The notes below the pieces were generated by a model. It had not been told where the DNA came from. It did not search any database and saw nothing but the letters and a program-made list of their open reading frames with translations. This document shows positions 11,659 to 22,508 of a DNA stretch of 64,000 nt, in pieces. The stretch comes from a bacterium (GTDB lineage Bacteria; SZUA-182; DTGQ01; JAFGSM01). The DNA lies in assembly GCA_049472335.1 (NCBI GenBank), contig JBLIRO010000002.1:80949-144948 (forward strand). Direction: 5' to 3'. Numbering within the stretch: the stretch's first letter is position 1; each line of letters begins with the position of its first letter. The position numbers and the translations under genes are program-made.

Positions 11659-12273
11659 ATGTTTAAAAGAAGTTTTGTTTGTTTGGGTTTGTTTTTTGTC
11701 ATATCACTTTTTATTATCAATTCTGCCTATGCTCTTTCTATTAGTTTTTTTGAAAAAGATCAAACAGTTCAACTAGAGAGTAATGCAACTGTTGATATAG
11801 TAATGGATTTGTCAGAATATAGTGGATTACTATCCGGGTATACCCTTGCAATCGAATATGATAATACAATTTTATCAATCAAGGAAGATAATATCAGCTT
11901 TAATCCGAAATTGGGAGGGGAAGCTTTACCGGTCAATGTCAATCTCAATGGTAGTTTTGGGATAATTGATTTGGATTGGTCTGCAAATATGGACATAATT
12001 AATATTAGCTCAGAAACAGAACCAGAACCTTTTGTTTTAGCTACATTAAATTTTGATACAGTAGGTTTGGGTAAAAGTGGGTTGATGTTTGATTCCATGT
12101 CTTTGTATGATGATTTTGGTGACGCTTTTGCTGATAGTAGTAATATAGATGATATAACCAGCCCTGGTTCAATTACTGTTTGTGCCAATCAGTCCATTCC
12201 TGAACCCGCTGCCTTCTTTTTATTTGGTACTTTATTGGTTGGATTCTGTTTTTTTAAAAGAAAAGAAACTTGA
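11659..12273 (+). CDS. PEP-CTERM sorted surface protein with cohesin-like beta-sandwich domain
   Basis: Signal peptide (AYA|L); C-terminus IPEPAAFFLFGTLLVGFCFFKRKET (PEP motif, TM helix, basic tail); YDNTILS and LATLNF cohesin-like strands; AT-rich. Confidence 0.85.
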   Translation: MFKRSFVCLGLFFVISLFIINSAYALSISFFEKDQTVQLESNATVDIVMDLSEYSGLLSGYTLAIEYDNTILSIKEDNISFNPKLGGEALPVNVNLNGSFGIIDLDWSANMDIINISSETEPEPFVLATLNFDTVGLGKSGLMFDSMSLYDDFGDAFADSSNIDDITSPGSITVCANQSIPEPAAFFLFGTLLVGFCFFKRKET

Positions 12274-12361
12274 TAATTATTAAGCACGATTTAAAGAGTG
12301 AGCAAGTTCTATAAAGATAAAGGCTGCTAAATAAAAAATTTAGACAAATTAATTAAGGTTT

Positions 12362-12408
12362 CAAGCAGGCAGGATATTTATTAAATGTTTCTGCCTGCTT
12401 GGGCTTTT
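12362..12408. terminator. Intrinsic terminator between the convergent PEP-CTERM gene and hypE
   Basis: CAAGCAGGCAG / CTGCCTGCTTG perfect 11-bp stem followed by a T-run. Confidence 0.7.
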
Positions 12409-12456
12409 TAATTATTAAAAGTTTTAAATAAATACAACCAGTTTATATCTCAGTGA

Positions 12457-13464
12457 TTAACAGATCCTGGGAAGGATCTCTCCTGCCGGGCGGTCGAGCA
12501 CGCGTTTTCCCCCGATGACTGTATTGAGAATAACCTCTCCTCTTGAATCTTCTCCAACCTGTCCGATGATAGAGGCCTCTTTACCCAACGGGTGCGAACG
12601 GATGGAATTCATTACCTCATTTGTATCATCAGGGGCAACGATAGCAAGCATTTTTCCTTCATTAGCCACATACATGGGATCAATACCCAGGATTTCACAT
12701 GCACCAAGCACCTGGGGGCGGACCGGTATCGCTTCCTCATCGATATGGAACGTCTTTTTTGATTTTTCGGCTAATTCATTCAACACGGAAGCGATTCCCC
12801 CTCTGGTAGGGTCTCTCATGCAATGAATGTTTGGAGATACGTTTAAGATGCCCTCTACCATTTTATTTAAATAGGCAACATCCGAATATATCCCTCCTGA
12901 GAAACCCAGCCCTTCTCTTTTACTCATGACCGCCATACCGTGATCTCCTATTGTTCCGCTCAGTATGATCTTGTCCCCGGTCTGCGCGTTCATTCCGGAG
13001 ACATTCCCTGAATACTCAACCACCCCTATCCCTGTCGAATTGATAAATATCTTGTCGCCCTTGCCTTTGGGCACTACCTTTGTGTCACCCGTAACAATAC
13101 TCACCCCGGCTTCTTTTGCGGTATTTGCCATTGAAGAAATGATTCGATCCAGGTCTTCTATTAAAAATCCTTCTTCGATAATCACTCCCACGCTTAAAAA
13201 TAAGGGCTTTCCCCCGCACATTGCAAGATCGTTAATGGTCCCGCATACGGCCAGTTTTCCAATATCGCCTCCGGGAAAAAAGATCGGATCGACTACATAG
13301 GTATCTGTGGACATGCAAAGACGTTGGCTATTGATATTAAATATCGCCCCGTCATCCAGCGCGCCTAAAATGGGATTTAGAAAAGAGGCCAGGAAATGGT
13401 CTTCAAGCAATTTCTGAGAAAGCATGCCGCCACTGCCATGAGCAAGTAATATCTTATTATTCAT
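12457..13464 (-). CDS. hypE: Hydrogenase maturation carbamoyl dehydratase HypE
   Basis: HGSGG, GTINDLAM, GDTKVV, RDPTRGG, ANEGK, C-terminal LPRIC. Confidence 0.96.
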   Translation of the reverse strand: MNNKILLAHGSGGMLSQKLLEDHFLASFLNPILGALDDGAIFNINSQRLCMSTDTYVVDPIFFPGGDIGKLAVCGTINDLAMCGGKPLFLSVGVIIEEGFLIEDLDRIISSMANTAKEAGVSIVTGDTKVVPKGKGDKIFINSTGIGVVEYSGNVSGMNAQTGDKIILSGTIGDHGMAVMSKREGLGFSGGIYSDVAYLNKMVEGILNVSPNIHCMRDPTRGGIASVLNELAEKSKKTFHIDEEAIPVRPQVLGACEILGIDPMYVANEGKMLAIVAPDDTNEVMNSIRSHPLGKEASIIGQVGEDSRGEVILNTVIGGKRVLDRPAGEILPRIC

Positions 13465-13773
13465 GGTATTTGCCTTTCAATAAAAAGAATTGTATTAATA
13501 AAACTGTCTTAAGGTTTTTCAGTCCTTCAGGATGCCTTTAAATACTTTTCATATTTTATAACATAATTGTCTGCAGAATTATAGATTGAATTTTTAATAG
13601 ATACATGATATTGTTGAGCCGTCAATCATTTTTTAATGCGTATTTATAAAATTGAAAAAACATATATTTGTAAAAAAATAGAATGTTACATAAATTTAAA
13701 TTTGTTATCATAAAATAAACATAAGATAACATCCTGTAATTATTGCTAAACAAACATCTGTTAGATTACTTAA

Positions 13774-13803
13774 TTGACAAAAACAAGGTGTTTTTATTAT
13801 AAT
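13774..13803 (+). promoter_or_regulatory. sigma70-type promoter for the fdn operon
   Basis: TTGACA (13774-13779), 18-nt spacer, TATAAT (13798-13803); about 300 nt upstream of fdnG. Confidence 0.55.
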
Positions 13804-14101
13804 TTATAGATAGAAAAATATGAAAAAACTGGTTGATTTTTTAAAAGGCAGATATTATGTTTTTAAATTCGACCTTGATATCAAATCTCCATTATCATTC
13901 CCAAAAAAACTTCCAACACCCTCACGCCTTTTTTGGTCGAGAGATTCTTTTGTCAAATCCATTCCCGATTCGTGAAATCCAGAAGGGGGGGTATTATCGA
14001 ATATTTTTATTTTAGGTATTTGAGCAGGATTTAATTTTTTCCCCTGATTCCGATCTTGTTTTTCAGATCTACAGGTTTAAAGAAGGAGGTGTTTATTCAA
14101 T

Positions 14102-17100
14102 ATGGAGCTTAGCAGAAGAGATTTTTTAAAGATCTCTGGGGCGAGCACGGCCGGTCTGGCATTAAAGGAGCTGGGATTTGATGCTGCCTCGGCATACGCT
14201 GCGGTCGCTCCTCTGAGGATAACCTATGCCAAGGAGACTACAACTATTTGTCCTTACTGTGCCGTTGGTTGCGGAATAATTATCCACTCAGTGAATGGCA
14301 AGGTGGTCTATACGGAAGGAGACCCCGATCATCCTGTGAACAGTGGTTCCTTATGCAGCAAAGGAAGCTCGGTTTATCAATTATCCGCAAACAATCCGGC
14401 AAGGGCAAAAAAACCTTTGTATCGAGCCCCTAACAGCAGTGAATGGAAAGAGGTCTCCTGGGACTCGGCCCTGGACAAGATAGCTGAGAGGATCTACCAG
14501 ACCAGGGAGAAGACCTTTATATCAGAGAATACCAAGGGGCAGACGGTAAACCGCACTGATGCCATGGCGTCTGTGGGCAGTGCTGCCATGGATAATGAGG
14601 AGTGCTATATTTATCGAAAATTTCTCACAGCCCTTGGACTTGTCTATATTGAACATCAGGCCCGTATCTGACACTCCGCGACTGTAGCGGCTCTGGCAGA
14701 GTCGTTTGGTAGAGGCGCCATGACCAATCATTGGACAGATCTCGAAAATGCGGATGTTGTTTTGGTCATGGGAAGCAATGCAGCGGAGAATCACCCTATT
14801 TCATTTAAATGGGTTACCAAGGCAAAGGAAAAGGGCGCAACCCTTATCAGTGTTGACCCCAGATTCACAAGGACTTCCGCCAAGGCGGATGTATATGCCC
14901 CCATTAGATCAGGGGCGGATATCGCCTTTCTTGGGGGAATGATCAATTATATCATCGAGAATAAGCTCTATTTTGAAAAATATGTAAGATTATACACCAA
15001 TGCCTCCTTTATCCTTAACCCCGACTTCAAGCTTCCCGGAGACAACGAAGGTGTTTTCTCCGGGTACGATCGGAATGCCCGGAAGTATGATAAATCTACA
15101 TGGTCATTCCAGAAGGATGAAAAGGGGCTCATAAGGAAGGACCCCAAGCTTGAAGATCCTCTTTGCGTGTTCCAGCAACTTAAAAGACACTTTTCAAGAT
15201 ACAGTGTCGACATCGTTTCCAAGATCACGGGTACACCCGAAAACCTGCTTCTTAAGGTATATAAAGCCTATGCATCAACAGGCAATCCCGGAAAGGCCGG
15301 GACGATTATGTATGCCATGGGCTGGACCCAGCATACGGTTGGTACTCAGAACATCCGCACCATGGCAATTATCCAGTTGCTTCTTGGAAATATGGGGGTG
15401 GCGGGCGGAGGCGTGAATGCCCTGCGTGGAGAATCCAATGTGCAGGGTTCCACAGACCATTGCCTCCTTTTCCATATCCTTCCCGGATATCTTAAAACGC
15501 CCATGGCTTCCCAGTTGACCCTGAAGGATTACAATGACCAGAGCACCCCGAAGACTGCGGACCCAAAGAGCGCCAACTGGTGGGGCAACTATCCCAAATA
15601 CTCGGTGAGTTTGTTGAAGGCATTCTTTGGGGACAGTGCAACGGCTGCAAATGATTTTGGTTATGCATGGCTGCCTAAGCTGGATGATGGAGTCAATTAC
15701 TCATGGTTGTCCCTTTTTGATCAAATGGATAAGGGTAACATAGAGGGTTTTTTTGCATGGGGACAGAATCCCGCCTGTAGCGGGGCTAATGCAGGGAAGG
15801 TCAGAAGGGCCATGGGTCAACTGGACTGGATGGTGAATGTCAATCTCTTTGATAATGAGACAGGCTCTTTCTGGAAGGGGCCCGATATGAATCCGTCAGA
15901 GATAAAAACCGAGGTCTTTTTTCTCCCTTGCGCGGGATTCTTTGAGAAAGAGGGAAGTATCACCAATAGCGGCAGATGGATGCAGTGGCGCTACAAGGCA
16001 GTTGATTCCGTGGGTGATTCCCTGCCGGATGGGGAGATTATGAGTGAGCTGGTCCATAGGGTTAAAAAGCTGGTGAAGGAGAAGGGAAGTAAATTCCCGG
16101 ATCCGATCCTCAACATGACCTGGGACTATGGCCCCAAAAAATCGGATGGGTCTTTGCTTCACCTTGACACACATGCTGTAGCAAAGGAGATCAATGGATA
16201 CTTTTTGGAGGATAAGGTTATAAACGGCGAGACCTTTAAGAAGGGCACGCTTGTTCCCAGCTTTGCCTTTCTCCAGGAAGACGGTTCCACTTCTTCTGGA
16301 AACTGGCTTTATTGCAACAGTTACACGGAGAAGGGAAACATGGCGGCTCGCAGGAATAACAAGGATGAAAGCGGCATCGGTCTTTATTCCGAATGGGCCT
16401 GGTGCTGGCCAGTGAACAGAAGGATTATCTATAACCGGGCCTCTGTTGATGAAAACGGACAGCCCTGGGACAAGGTACATCCAGTCATATACTGGAACGG
16501 GAGCAAATGGGTCGGCGATGTCCCGGACGGGGGATGGCCGCCGCTGGTTAATGACGCAAAGACACGTTATGCCTTTATTATGAAACCAGAAGGATATGCC
16601 CATATCTTTGGCCCCGGGCTTGCCGAAGGACCCTTTCCGGAGCATTATGAACCCCTGGAATGTCCGGTCGAGAAAAACCTCATCCCCGGAAATAAAGAGA
16701 GGATAAGTCCCACAGTCAAATTGTTCAGCAAGGAGGGCGAAGGAGCGGGAGAGGATGTTTTCAAGACATGTGATCCAAGGTATCCTCTTATTTGTTCAAC
16801 ATACCGGGTTTCAGAGCACTGGCAGACAGGTCTTATGACCCGTTGGCAGCCATGGCTGGCAGAGCTGCAGCCTGATATGTTTGTGGAAATGAGCAAGGAA
16901 TTGGCAAATGACCGGGGTATAAGTAATGGCGACATGTGTATTGTGAAATCTGCACGTGGCGAAGTCGAGGCAGTAGCCATTGTTACTGATCGGCTCAAAC
17001 CATTTATTATTAATGACCAAACGGTTCATCAGGTCGGCATACCCTGGCATTACGGATGGGTTACTACTGATTATAAAAACGGGCCGGGCTTGACGTTTGG

Positions 17101-17200
17101 TGACAGTGCCAACCTGTTAACCCCGACAATCGGAGATTCCAATACCATGATACCGGAATCCAAGGCCTTCATGGTCAACGTTGTAAGGAAGGGGGTGTAA
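14102..17200 (+). CDS. fdnG: Formate dehydrogenase-N type alpha subunit, selenocysteine-containing (Mo/W-bisPGD), Tat-exported
   Basis: Tat motif SRRDFLK; CPYCAVGC..C [4Fe-4S]; in-frame TGA at 14669-14671 gives EHQARI-U-HSATVAALAESFGRGAMTNHW and joins track ORFs 14102..14671 and 14720..17200; ALRGESNVQG. Confidence 0.95.
14672..14710 (+). promoter_or_regulatory. Bacterial SECIS element
   Basis: Hairpin GCGGCTCT-GGC-AGAGTCGT starting about 15 nt after the Sec UGA, with G in the apical loop. Confidence 0.75.
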
Positions 17201-17204
17201 GGAA

Positions 17205-17987
17205 ATGGTTGATTACAATAAGGAAAAGGCCTTCATGCTGTATCCTGAAAAGTGCACTGCCTGCCGCTCCTGTCAGATTGCCTGTAAAAACTGGAACCAA
17301 AACAAGGCGATCAAGACCATAAATAGTGGAAGTTTCGAGAATCCCCCCACCTTAAATTATTTTAACTACACGAAGATCAAGTTCAATGAGTATGGAAATG
17401 GTGAAGATTATGGGATTAAGTGGCTATTTTTAAAAGAGCAGTGTCTTCATTGTACGGATGCCACATGTATGATAGTCTGTCCTTCGGAGGGGGCGCTTTA
17501 CAGGACACCTCAAGGTGCCGTTGCCTTTAACTCGAAAAAGTGTATCGGCTGTAAATATTGTGTAATGACCTGTCCCTTTGAGGTGCCAAAGTTCAATGAA
17601 GCGACTCAGACCATCAGTAAGTGTCACCTGTGTTATGACAGGATGGCCAACGGACTTACCCCTGCCTGTGCAAAGGCATGTCCAACCGGCGCCATCGTTT
17701 ATGGTGATCGTGACCTGATTATCAAAGAGGCAAAGGAAAAGGGAGCGGATCGCATCTATGGTGAAAATGAGCTGGGCGGCCTTCATGTTATGTATGTTTT
17801 GCAGGATCAGGTTTCTCCAGACAAATACGGCCTTCCGGTCAATCCAAAGGTGCCTGCAAGCGTTATCATCTGGAGGAATTATATAAAACCTCTTGTTAAA
17901 TGGGGTATACCATTTACTATTTTAGGGGTGCTCCTGCACTACTGGTTACATGGTCCCCATGTTGTGGAAGAAGGGGGTGAAAAATAA
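17205..17987 (+). CDS. fdnH: Formate dehydrogenase iron-sulfur beta subunit
   Basis: Four ferredoxin Cys motifs (CTACRSC, CLHCTDATC, CIGCKYC, CHLC..CAKACP) and a C-terminal TM helix. Confidence 0.9.
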   Translation: MVDYNKEKAFMLYPEKCTACRSCQIACKNWNQNKAIKTINSGSFENPPTLNYFNYTKIKFNEYGNGEDYGIKWLFLKEQCLHCTDATCMIVCPSEGALYRTPQGAVAFNSKKCIGCKYCVMTCPFEVPKFNEATQTISKCHLCYDRMANGLTPACAKACPTGAIVYGDRDLIIKEAKEKGADRIYGENELGGLHVMYVLQDQVSPDKYGLPVNPKVPASVIIWRNYIKPLVKWGIPFTILGVLLHYWLHGPHVVEEGGEK

Positions 17988-18619
17988 TGGCAGGTAAAAC
18001 CGTTATCAACGGCTCAACCGCACTGGAAAGAATAGCTCACTGGAGCCTTGTGGGAAGTTGTGTTATTTGTATGATCACGGGGTTTGGTTTCATGTTTCAC
18101 TCTCTGAACATCTTTCAGGAGATTTTCGGACTTCCCCATGGCGCTAAGATAGTTCATCATTTCTTCGGACTTGTGTTTTTCATATCCTTGATCCTGTGTT
18201 TTCTTGTCTGGGTCAAGAACTGCGGTTTTGATTCCGAAGACATCAAATGGTTTAAGGTGCTTGGTGGTTATATTATTCGCACAGACAAGCACTTTGATCT
18301 TTATAAGTTCAATCCCGGTCAGAAGATCTTTTTTTGGTACACTATTATTTTTGGCGTAATCGTTTCCGTAACCGGGTACATTATGTGGAATCCGTTTGCA
18401 TGGAGCAGAAACACGGTTCAGATCAGCTATCCGCTCCATGCCGTTTGTGCCTTTTTATTTGCAATTGGTTTTCTTGGTCACGGGTACCTCGGCTCATGGG
18501 CAAATCCCGGGAGCTTCAGTGTTATTACTTCCGGCAGGGTAAAACGGGCCTGGTGTGAGCACCATCGGCCAAGATGGACCAGAAAGATGGAGAAGGAAGG
18601 TAAACTAAAAGAGGTTTGA
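17987..18619 (+). CDS. fdnI: Formate dehydrogenase cytochrome b gamma subunit
   Basis: ERIAHW, KFNPGQK, four TM helices with heme-ligating His. Confidence 0.9.
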   Translation: MAGKTVINGSTALERIAHWSLVGSCVICMITGFGFMFHSLNIFQEIFGLPHGAKIVHHFFGLVFFISLILCFLVWVKNCGFDSEDIKWFKVLGGYIIRTDKHFDLYKFNPGQKIFFWYTIIFGVIVSVTGYIMWNPFAWSRNTVQISYPLHAVCAFLFAIGFLGHGYLGSWANPGSFSVITSGRVKRAWCEHHRPRWTRKMEKEGKLKEV

Positions 18620-18644
18620 ACCTCATAGTTTTTGTGGTTTTGTT

Positions 18645-18680
18645 AAATGGGGTGCTGAGGATTTCTTAGTGCCCCATTTT
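18645..18680 (+). terminator. Intrinsic terminator after fdnI
   Basis: AAATGGGGTGCTGAG / CTTAGTGCCCCATTTT stem-loop. Confidence 0.7.
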
Positions 18681-18693
18681 AATAGGGACAAGG

Positions 18694-19087
18694 GAATTGC
18701 AAATTGAAAAATGCAAATTGCAAAATGCAAAATTAAGGAAAAGAGAGTATCCTTTTTGAAATGCAAAATGCAAAATGAAGGACAAAAGAGAGGTTTTCTA
18801 TGAAATGCAAAATGATGAATGGATAAAGGAAAATCAAGAATAGCTAAGTTGGTTCAAAATGACAAAGAAGGATCGGCTTCCTAGCTGTGAAGTGATAAAA
18901 TCCTTGGAATAAGTATAGCGGTAGTTATTTAACATTGTTGGCAAGATGGAAACAAGAAGCGGAATCGGCGTAAGAAGATTTTCAATTTGCAATTCTTGTT
19001 TAGGGTTGGCAAAACGGCAACAACTGGCAAAAATCTTCGTATATAAATTTGCATTTTGCATTTTGCAATTCTCAATTTGCATTTTTT
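18694..19087. repeat. Heptamer (CAAAATG/CAAATTG) arrays in inverted arrangement
   Basis: Arrays at about 18694-18814 and reverse-complement arrays at 18979-18995 and 19046-19087; GAATTGCAAATTGAAAA (18694-18710) is a perfect 17-bp inverted repeat with 18979-18995. Confidence 0.75.
18805..18975 (+). pseudogene. Eroded remnant of a four-helix-bundle (S23/IVP-like) gene
   Basis: One frame reads MQNDEWIKENQE*LSWFKM...KSLE*V*R*LFNIVGKM, resembling the KEAxETxYWL...LxxExxELxxIL C-terminus of the family, with four stops; flanked by heptamer arrays. Confidence 0.4.
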
Positions 19088-20481
19088 TAAATGGATTGCC
19101 CTCCGACTACAATCTGCTTTATACGAAGCGTAGGTTGTGCGTCCGATACCGGGGCCCTCTGCCCATCCTTGCCGCATGTACCTACCTGATAGCCAAGATC
19201 GGACCCAACCATGTCTATATTTTGTAATACCTTCGGTCCTTTACCGATCAGGGTCGCACCGCGGACAGGTCTGGTTATCTTACCCCTTTCTACAAGATAA
19301 CCTTCATTGACCTCGAATACAAATTCTCCACTGACCGTGTCCACCTGTCCACCGCCCATTTTTTTAACAAAAAGTCCCTTGGGGGTCGAGGATATAATCT
19401 CTTCAGGGTGAAAGCTGCCTGGATTTATGAAGGTGTTGGTCATTCTCGGAATGGGTACATGTTGATAGGATTCTCTTCGCCCATTGCCGGTAGAAACGGA
19501 TTTAGCCTTAAGGGCTGAAAGTCGATCATACATATAACGCCTTAGTATGCCTTTTTCAACCAGCACGGTTCTCTGGGCAGGGGTCCCTTCGTCATCATAG
19601 TAGAAAGATCCCCTTTTACCCGGGAGCGTTGCATCATCAATAACTGTGACAACAGGCGAGGCTACCTTTTCACCCAATTGGTTAGAGAACACAGAAAGCC
19701 TTTTTTGGATTAAATCAGCTTCAAGACCATGGCCGATAGCTTCATGAATCATGGTACCGCCCGCTTCTGATGAGAGAATGACAGTCATGGGACCTGTAGG
19801 GGCAGGGTCCGCATCCAGCATTGTGAGCGCTCTCCGGGCCGCTAATTCGGCAATATTTTCAGGTGAGTGCTGATTATTGAAAATCTCCATACCCGTTCTT
19901 CCCCCTATGGCTTCGTAACCGGTTTGGATTTCCTGTCCCTTTGCAGCCACTACCTGGACCAGAAAAATAATACTCGGACGTATTTCCTCTATCTTTTCTC
20001 CTTCGGAGTTCATTAAACAGATCTCCTGGATATTGTCTGAATAGACAACCTTGACTTGTTTGATTAGATTCGGATCCAGTCCGCGCGCAGCGTGGTTCGC
20101 ACGTCTCACCAGATTGGATTTGACGTCCAGGCTGACCTTCTGAAAAGGTTTTTCCACAGGAAAGGGGCGGGGAGGTATTACTTTATTCAGGTTTATGGAA
20201 ATCCTTTCCTGCGGGACATTAAGTGTGCAAACCAGGGATTCAGCCATTTTTTTCAACGATGACTCTGATATATCATTTGAGTAAGCGTATGATGTTTTTT
20301 GAGAATGGATTATCCGAAGACCTACGCCAAGGTCAATGCCAAAATCGATTTTTTCGATTCGTTGATCCTCGCAGCTTATAAAAGAAGAAATCCTCTTTTC
20401 AAAAAAGACCTCGGAGAGATCTATCCCTTTTCGTGTAAGATCCGAAAGGATATTTGGAATATAGGAAGGACAGTCTATCAT
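19087..20481 (-). CDS. tldD: TldD/PmbA family metalloprotease, catalytic TldD type
   Basis: HEAIGHGLEAD, DDEG, GNGRRESY..PIPRMTNT, CGKDGQ..PVSDAQPTLRI. Confidence 0.92.
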   Translation of the reverse strand: MIDCPSYIPNILSDLTRKGIDLSEVFFEKRISSFISCEDQRIEKIDFGIDLGVGLRIIHSQKTSYAYSNDISESSLKKMAESLVCTLNVPQERISINLNKVIPPRPFPVEKPFQKVSLDVKSNLVRRANHAARGLDPNLIKQVKVVYSDNIQEICLMNSEGEKIEEIRPSIIFLVQVVAAKGQEIQTGYEAIGGRTGMEIFNNQHSPENIAELAARRALTMLDADPAPTGPMTVILSSEAGGTMIHEAIGHGLEADLIQKRLSVFSNQLGEKVASPVVTVIDDATLPGKRGSFYYDDEGTPAQRTVLVEKGILRRYMYDRLSALKAKSVSTGNGRRESYQHVPIPRMTNTFINPGSFHPEEIISSTPKGLFVKKMGGGQVDTVSGEFVFEVNEGYLVERGKITRPVRGATLIGKGPKVLQNIDMVGSDLGYQVGTCGKDGQRAPVSDAQPTLRIKQIVVGGQSI

Positions 20482-20487
20482 TTTTAT

Positions 20488-21327
20488 TTAAATCCCCTTT
20501 TTCTGCTTTATTGGTTTATAAGGCGCATTAACTATCCATATGGAACCTCGTGCATAGAATATAATATTATCTCCGTCAGGGGACCATTTCGGATCATAAC
20601 CCCTTAATACGATCCCCATGGAAACCTTTTTAATAATCGAATAAATCCAAATCCCTTCCGAAGAATATACTATGGAGTAGCCGTCAGGAGCAAATGATCC
20701 CTTTGTCCCTTCTGTTATAGGTTCTAACGTGCCGGTCGAGATATCCAGGTTGGCGAGTTTGAAAAGGACACGGTCCGGTTCCCAGACTTCAACCAATAGG
20801 GATGAACCATCAGGGGAAAACGAAAGGGGTATCCCCATATCAAGTAGTTTTATTTTGCCTGATCCATCAATATTTATACGCCATATGCCGTTATTATCAA
20901 AGATCAGTGAATCCCCTTTTGGAGACCAGCATGGATGATTGCCTGATTTGATTAATTGCCTGTGGTTATCTGTCTTGCTATTCCATACCCAAATACCATT
21001 ATTAACATACGCGATCTTTTCCCCGTCCGGAGACCAGCTTGGATTGGTGCCCGCTTGAGCGAGTCTGGTTTCTTCTTTTGTAACCAAGTCAAGTATTAAT
21101 AGGCCGTCACGCCGGAATACGATTTTTCCCCCATCCGGTGACCATGAAGGAGAAGCACCTTCCACCAGCTTCCGGATGGATATTTCCTTTCCTTCCTTAG
21201 TGTAGTTTATCAGAAGGGCAGGGCGGTATTTTGCACAACCTGTCAGGAAAAAAAACAGGCACAAACTGAATAATATATGGGTTTGTCTTTTAGATACATC
21301 AATCAAGTATGACCACCCCGATCTCAT
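20488..21327 (-). CDS. TolB-like beta-propeller (PD40 repeat) lipoprotein
   Basis: Repeated PSWSPDG motifs; lipobox FLTGC; start uncertain. Confidence 0.75.
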   Translation of the reverse strand: MRSGWSYLIDVSKRQTHILFSLCLFFFLTGCAKYRPALLINYTKEGKEISIRKLVEGASPSWSPDGGKIVFRRDGLLILDLVTKEETRLAQAGTNPSWSPDGEKIAYVNNGIWVWNSKTDNHRQLIKSGNHPCWSPKGDSLIFDNNGIWRINIDGSGKIKLLDMGIPLSFSPDGSSLLVEVWEPDRVLFKLANLDISTGTLEPITEGTKGSFAPDGYSIVYSSEGIWIYSIIKKVSMGIVLRGYDPKWSPDGDNIIFYARGSIWIVNAPYKPIKQKKGI

Positions 21328-21532
21328 GGGACAAGTGATTCAGCAGTTCATGGAGGTCTTGCGATTGATCCATTGTACTCAGGATTTCAATAATGCCCTT
21401 TTCCTTGTCAAGTGTCCTCACCACTCCAAGACCGTCATAACCTTCGAAAATGCCGTTTATATACCATATATACTTTGCTTCGGAGCGGATATGTATAAGA
21501 AGGTCTTTACTTTTCAGAGATTGTTTCGTCAA
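21299..21532 (-). CDS. DUF4911-like small protein
   Basis: IFEGYDGLGVVRTLD motif; overlaps both neighbours. Confidence 0.7.
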   Translation of the reverse strand: MTKQSLKSKDLLIHIRSEAKYIWYINGIFEGYDGLGVVRTLDKEKGIIEILSTMDQSQDLHELLNHLSHEIGVVILD

Positions 21533-22508
21533 TCTTCATCCCGAAATGACGGCCGGCCTTTTCTATAGAAACAAGAATCTCATCACCGGAATTCAGCTCT
21601 ACTACGGAAACGGCAGAACCATCGGGTTTTGTCAGCCTTATAGTCTCGGCATTCTGAAGGATAGTTGATAAGCTTTTCTTTTCAAATTCTGCCTCTATCA
21701 GAAGAAGGGGCCTCTTTTCGGTTTTGATTCTCCCGACAATCCCTATAGTTGTTTCACCTTTATGGTTCACAATCAAAACTTCATCCCCTGACTTCAACTC
21801 TGAAAGATATCTCGTACGGTTACCGACTGTTTTGATATACGCATGTACCGGCCCGGCATTTACTCTAAAGGGACGCGGCTCCACATAAGGATTTGGAAGG
21901 GATTCGGAATGGACAAGAAATAAAGCCGCGCTGCTGTTTCCGATCAACATGCCCTGACCCGGCACCATATTCGAACATGTATCGATGCATACGCGATCTC
22001 CCATTCCCAGAGGCTTGACCTGTGTAATAACAGCCTTTTGAAGAGATATCTGTTCCTCCTGCCCGCCTTTGATTAATTTTATAATCCTCGCCACTTCCTG
22101 CCAGTCGCGGGTGGTTGTGAGAACACCGTCTACTCCTTTTTCTAGAATAGTAACGGCGGTTTTTGCTTCACTGGAATTATTTACCTCCACAATAAGCCCG
22201 CCTGTCTGAGCTATAAGGTTTTCCAGGGGGATAATGGTCCAGTCTGTGGTACGAACGATGACAAGCTTATTTTTGGCCTGCCGTACAATGGCCTCCTCAT
22301 CCGATTTGGTTTTTATTTCCCATTCCACTATATCCCGATTTATCTTTAAGTCCCCCGTATCTTCGGCAATAGTCTGAATACGGCCCAACTGTTTTACCTT
22401 TTCCGCATCTTTTTTTTCTACGTAAACAGCATCCGCGCCGTTTTCCAGTGCAGTAGTTACAAGGGTCTTATCCCAAGGGCATACCTTAACCCAAACCTTT
22501 TTATCCAT
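21507..22508 (-). CDS. aroB': 3-dehydroquinate synthase II (archaeal type AroB')
   Basis: [36 protein letters not shown]. Confidence 0.92.
   Translation of the reverse strand: MDKKVWVKVCPWDKTLVTTALENGADAVYVEKKDAEKVKQLGRIQTIAEDTGDLKINRDIVEWEIKTKSDEEAIVRQAKNKLVIVRTTDWTIIPLENLIAQTGGLIVEVNNSSEAKTAVTILEKGVDGVLTTTRDWQEVARIIKLIKGGQEEQISLQKAVITQVKPLGMGDRVCIDTCSNMVPGQGMLIGNSSAALFLVHSESLPNPYVEPRPFRVNAGPVHAYIKTVGNRTRYLSELKSGDEVLIVNHKGETTIGIVGRIKTEKRPLLLIEAEFEKKSLSTILQNAETIRLTKPDGSAVSVVELNSGDEILVSIEKAGRHFGMKIDETISEK

Noticed and set aside
13804..14101. Moco/Wco riboswitch in the 300-nt fdn leader
   Set aside because: Could not identify the conserved motif elements by eye; an Infernal/Rfam scan would be needed
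14669..14671. fdnG as a nonsense pseudogene or two genes
   Set aside because: The TGA is at the Sec ligand position, the frame continues with conserved residues and a SECIS-like hairpin follows
15896..16645. 249-aa antisense ORF in fdnG (and similar antisense ORFs such as 22552..23259)
   Set aside because: Shadow frames of well-conserved genes with no motifs of their own
18694..18814. CRISPR array (approx. 40-nt quasi-periodic units)
   Set aside because: Units are degenerate heptamer runs without constant repeats or unique spacers; no cas genes in the window
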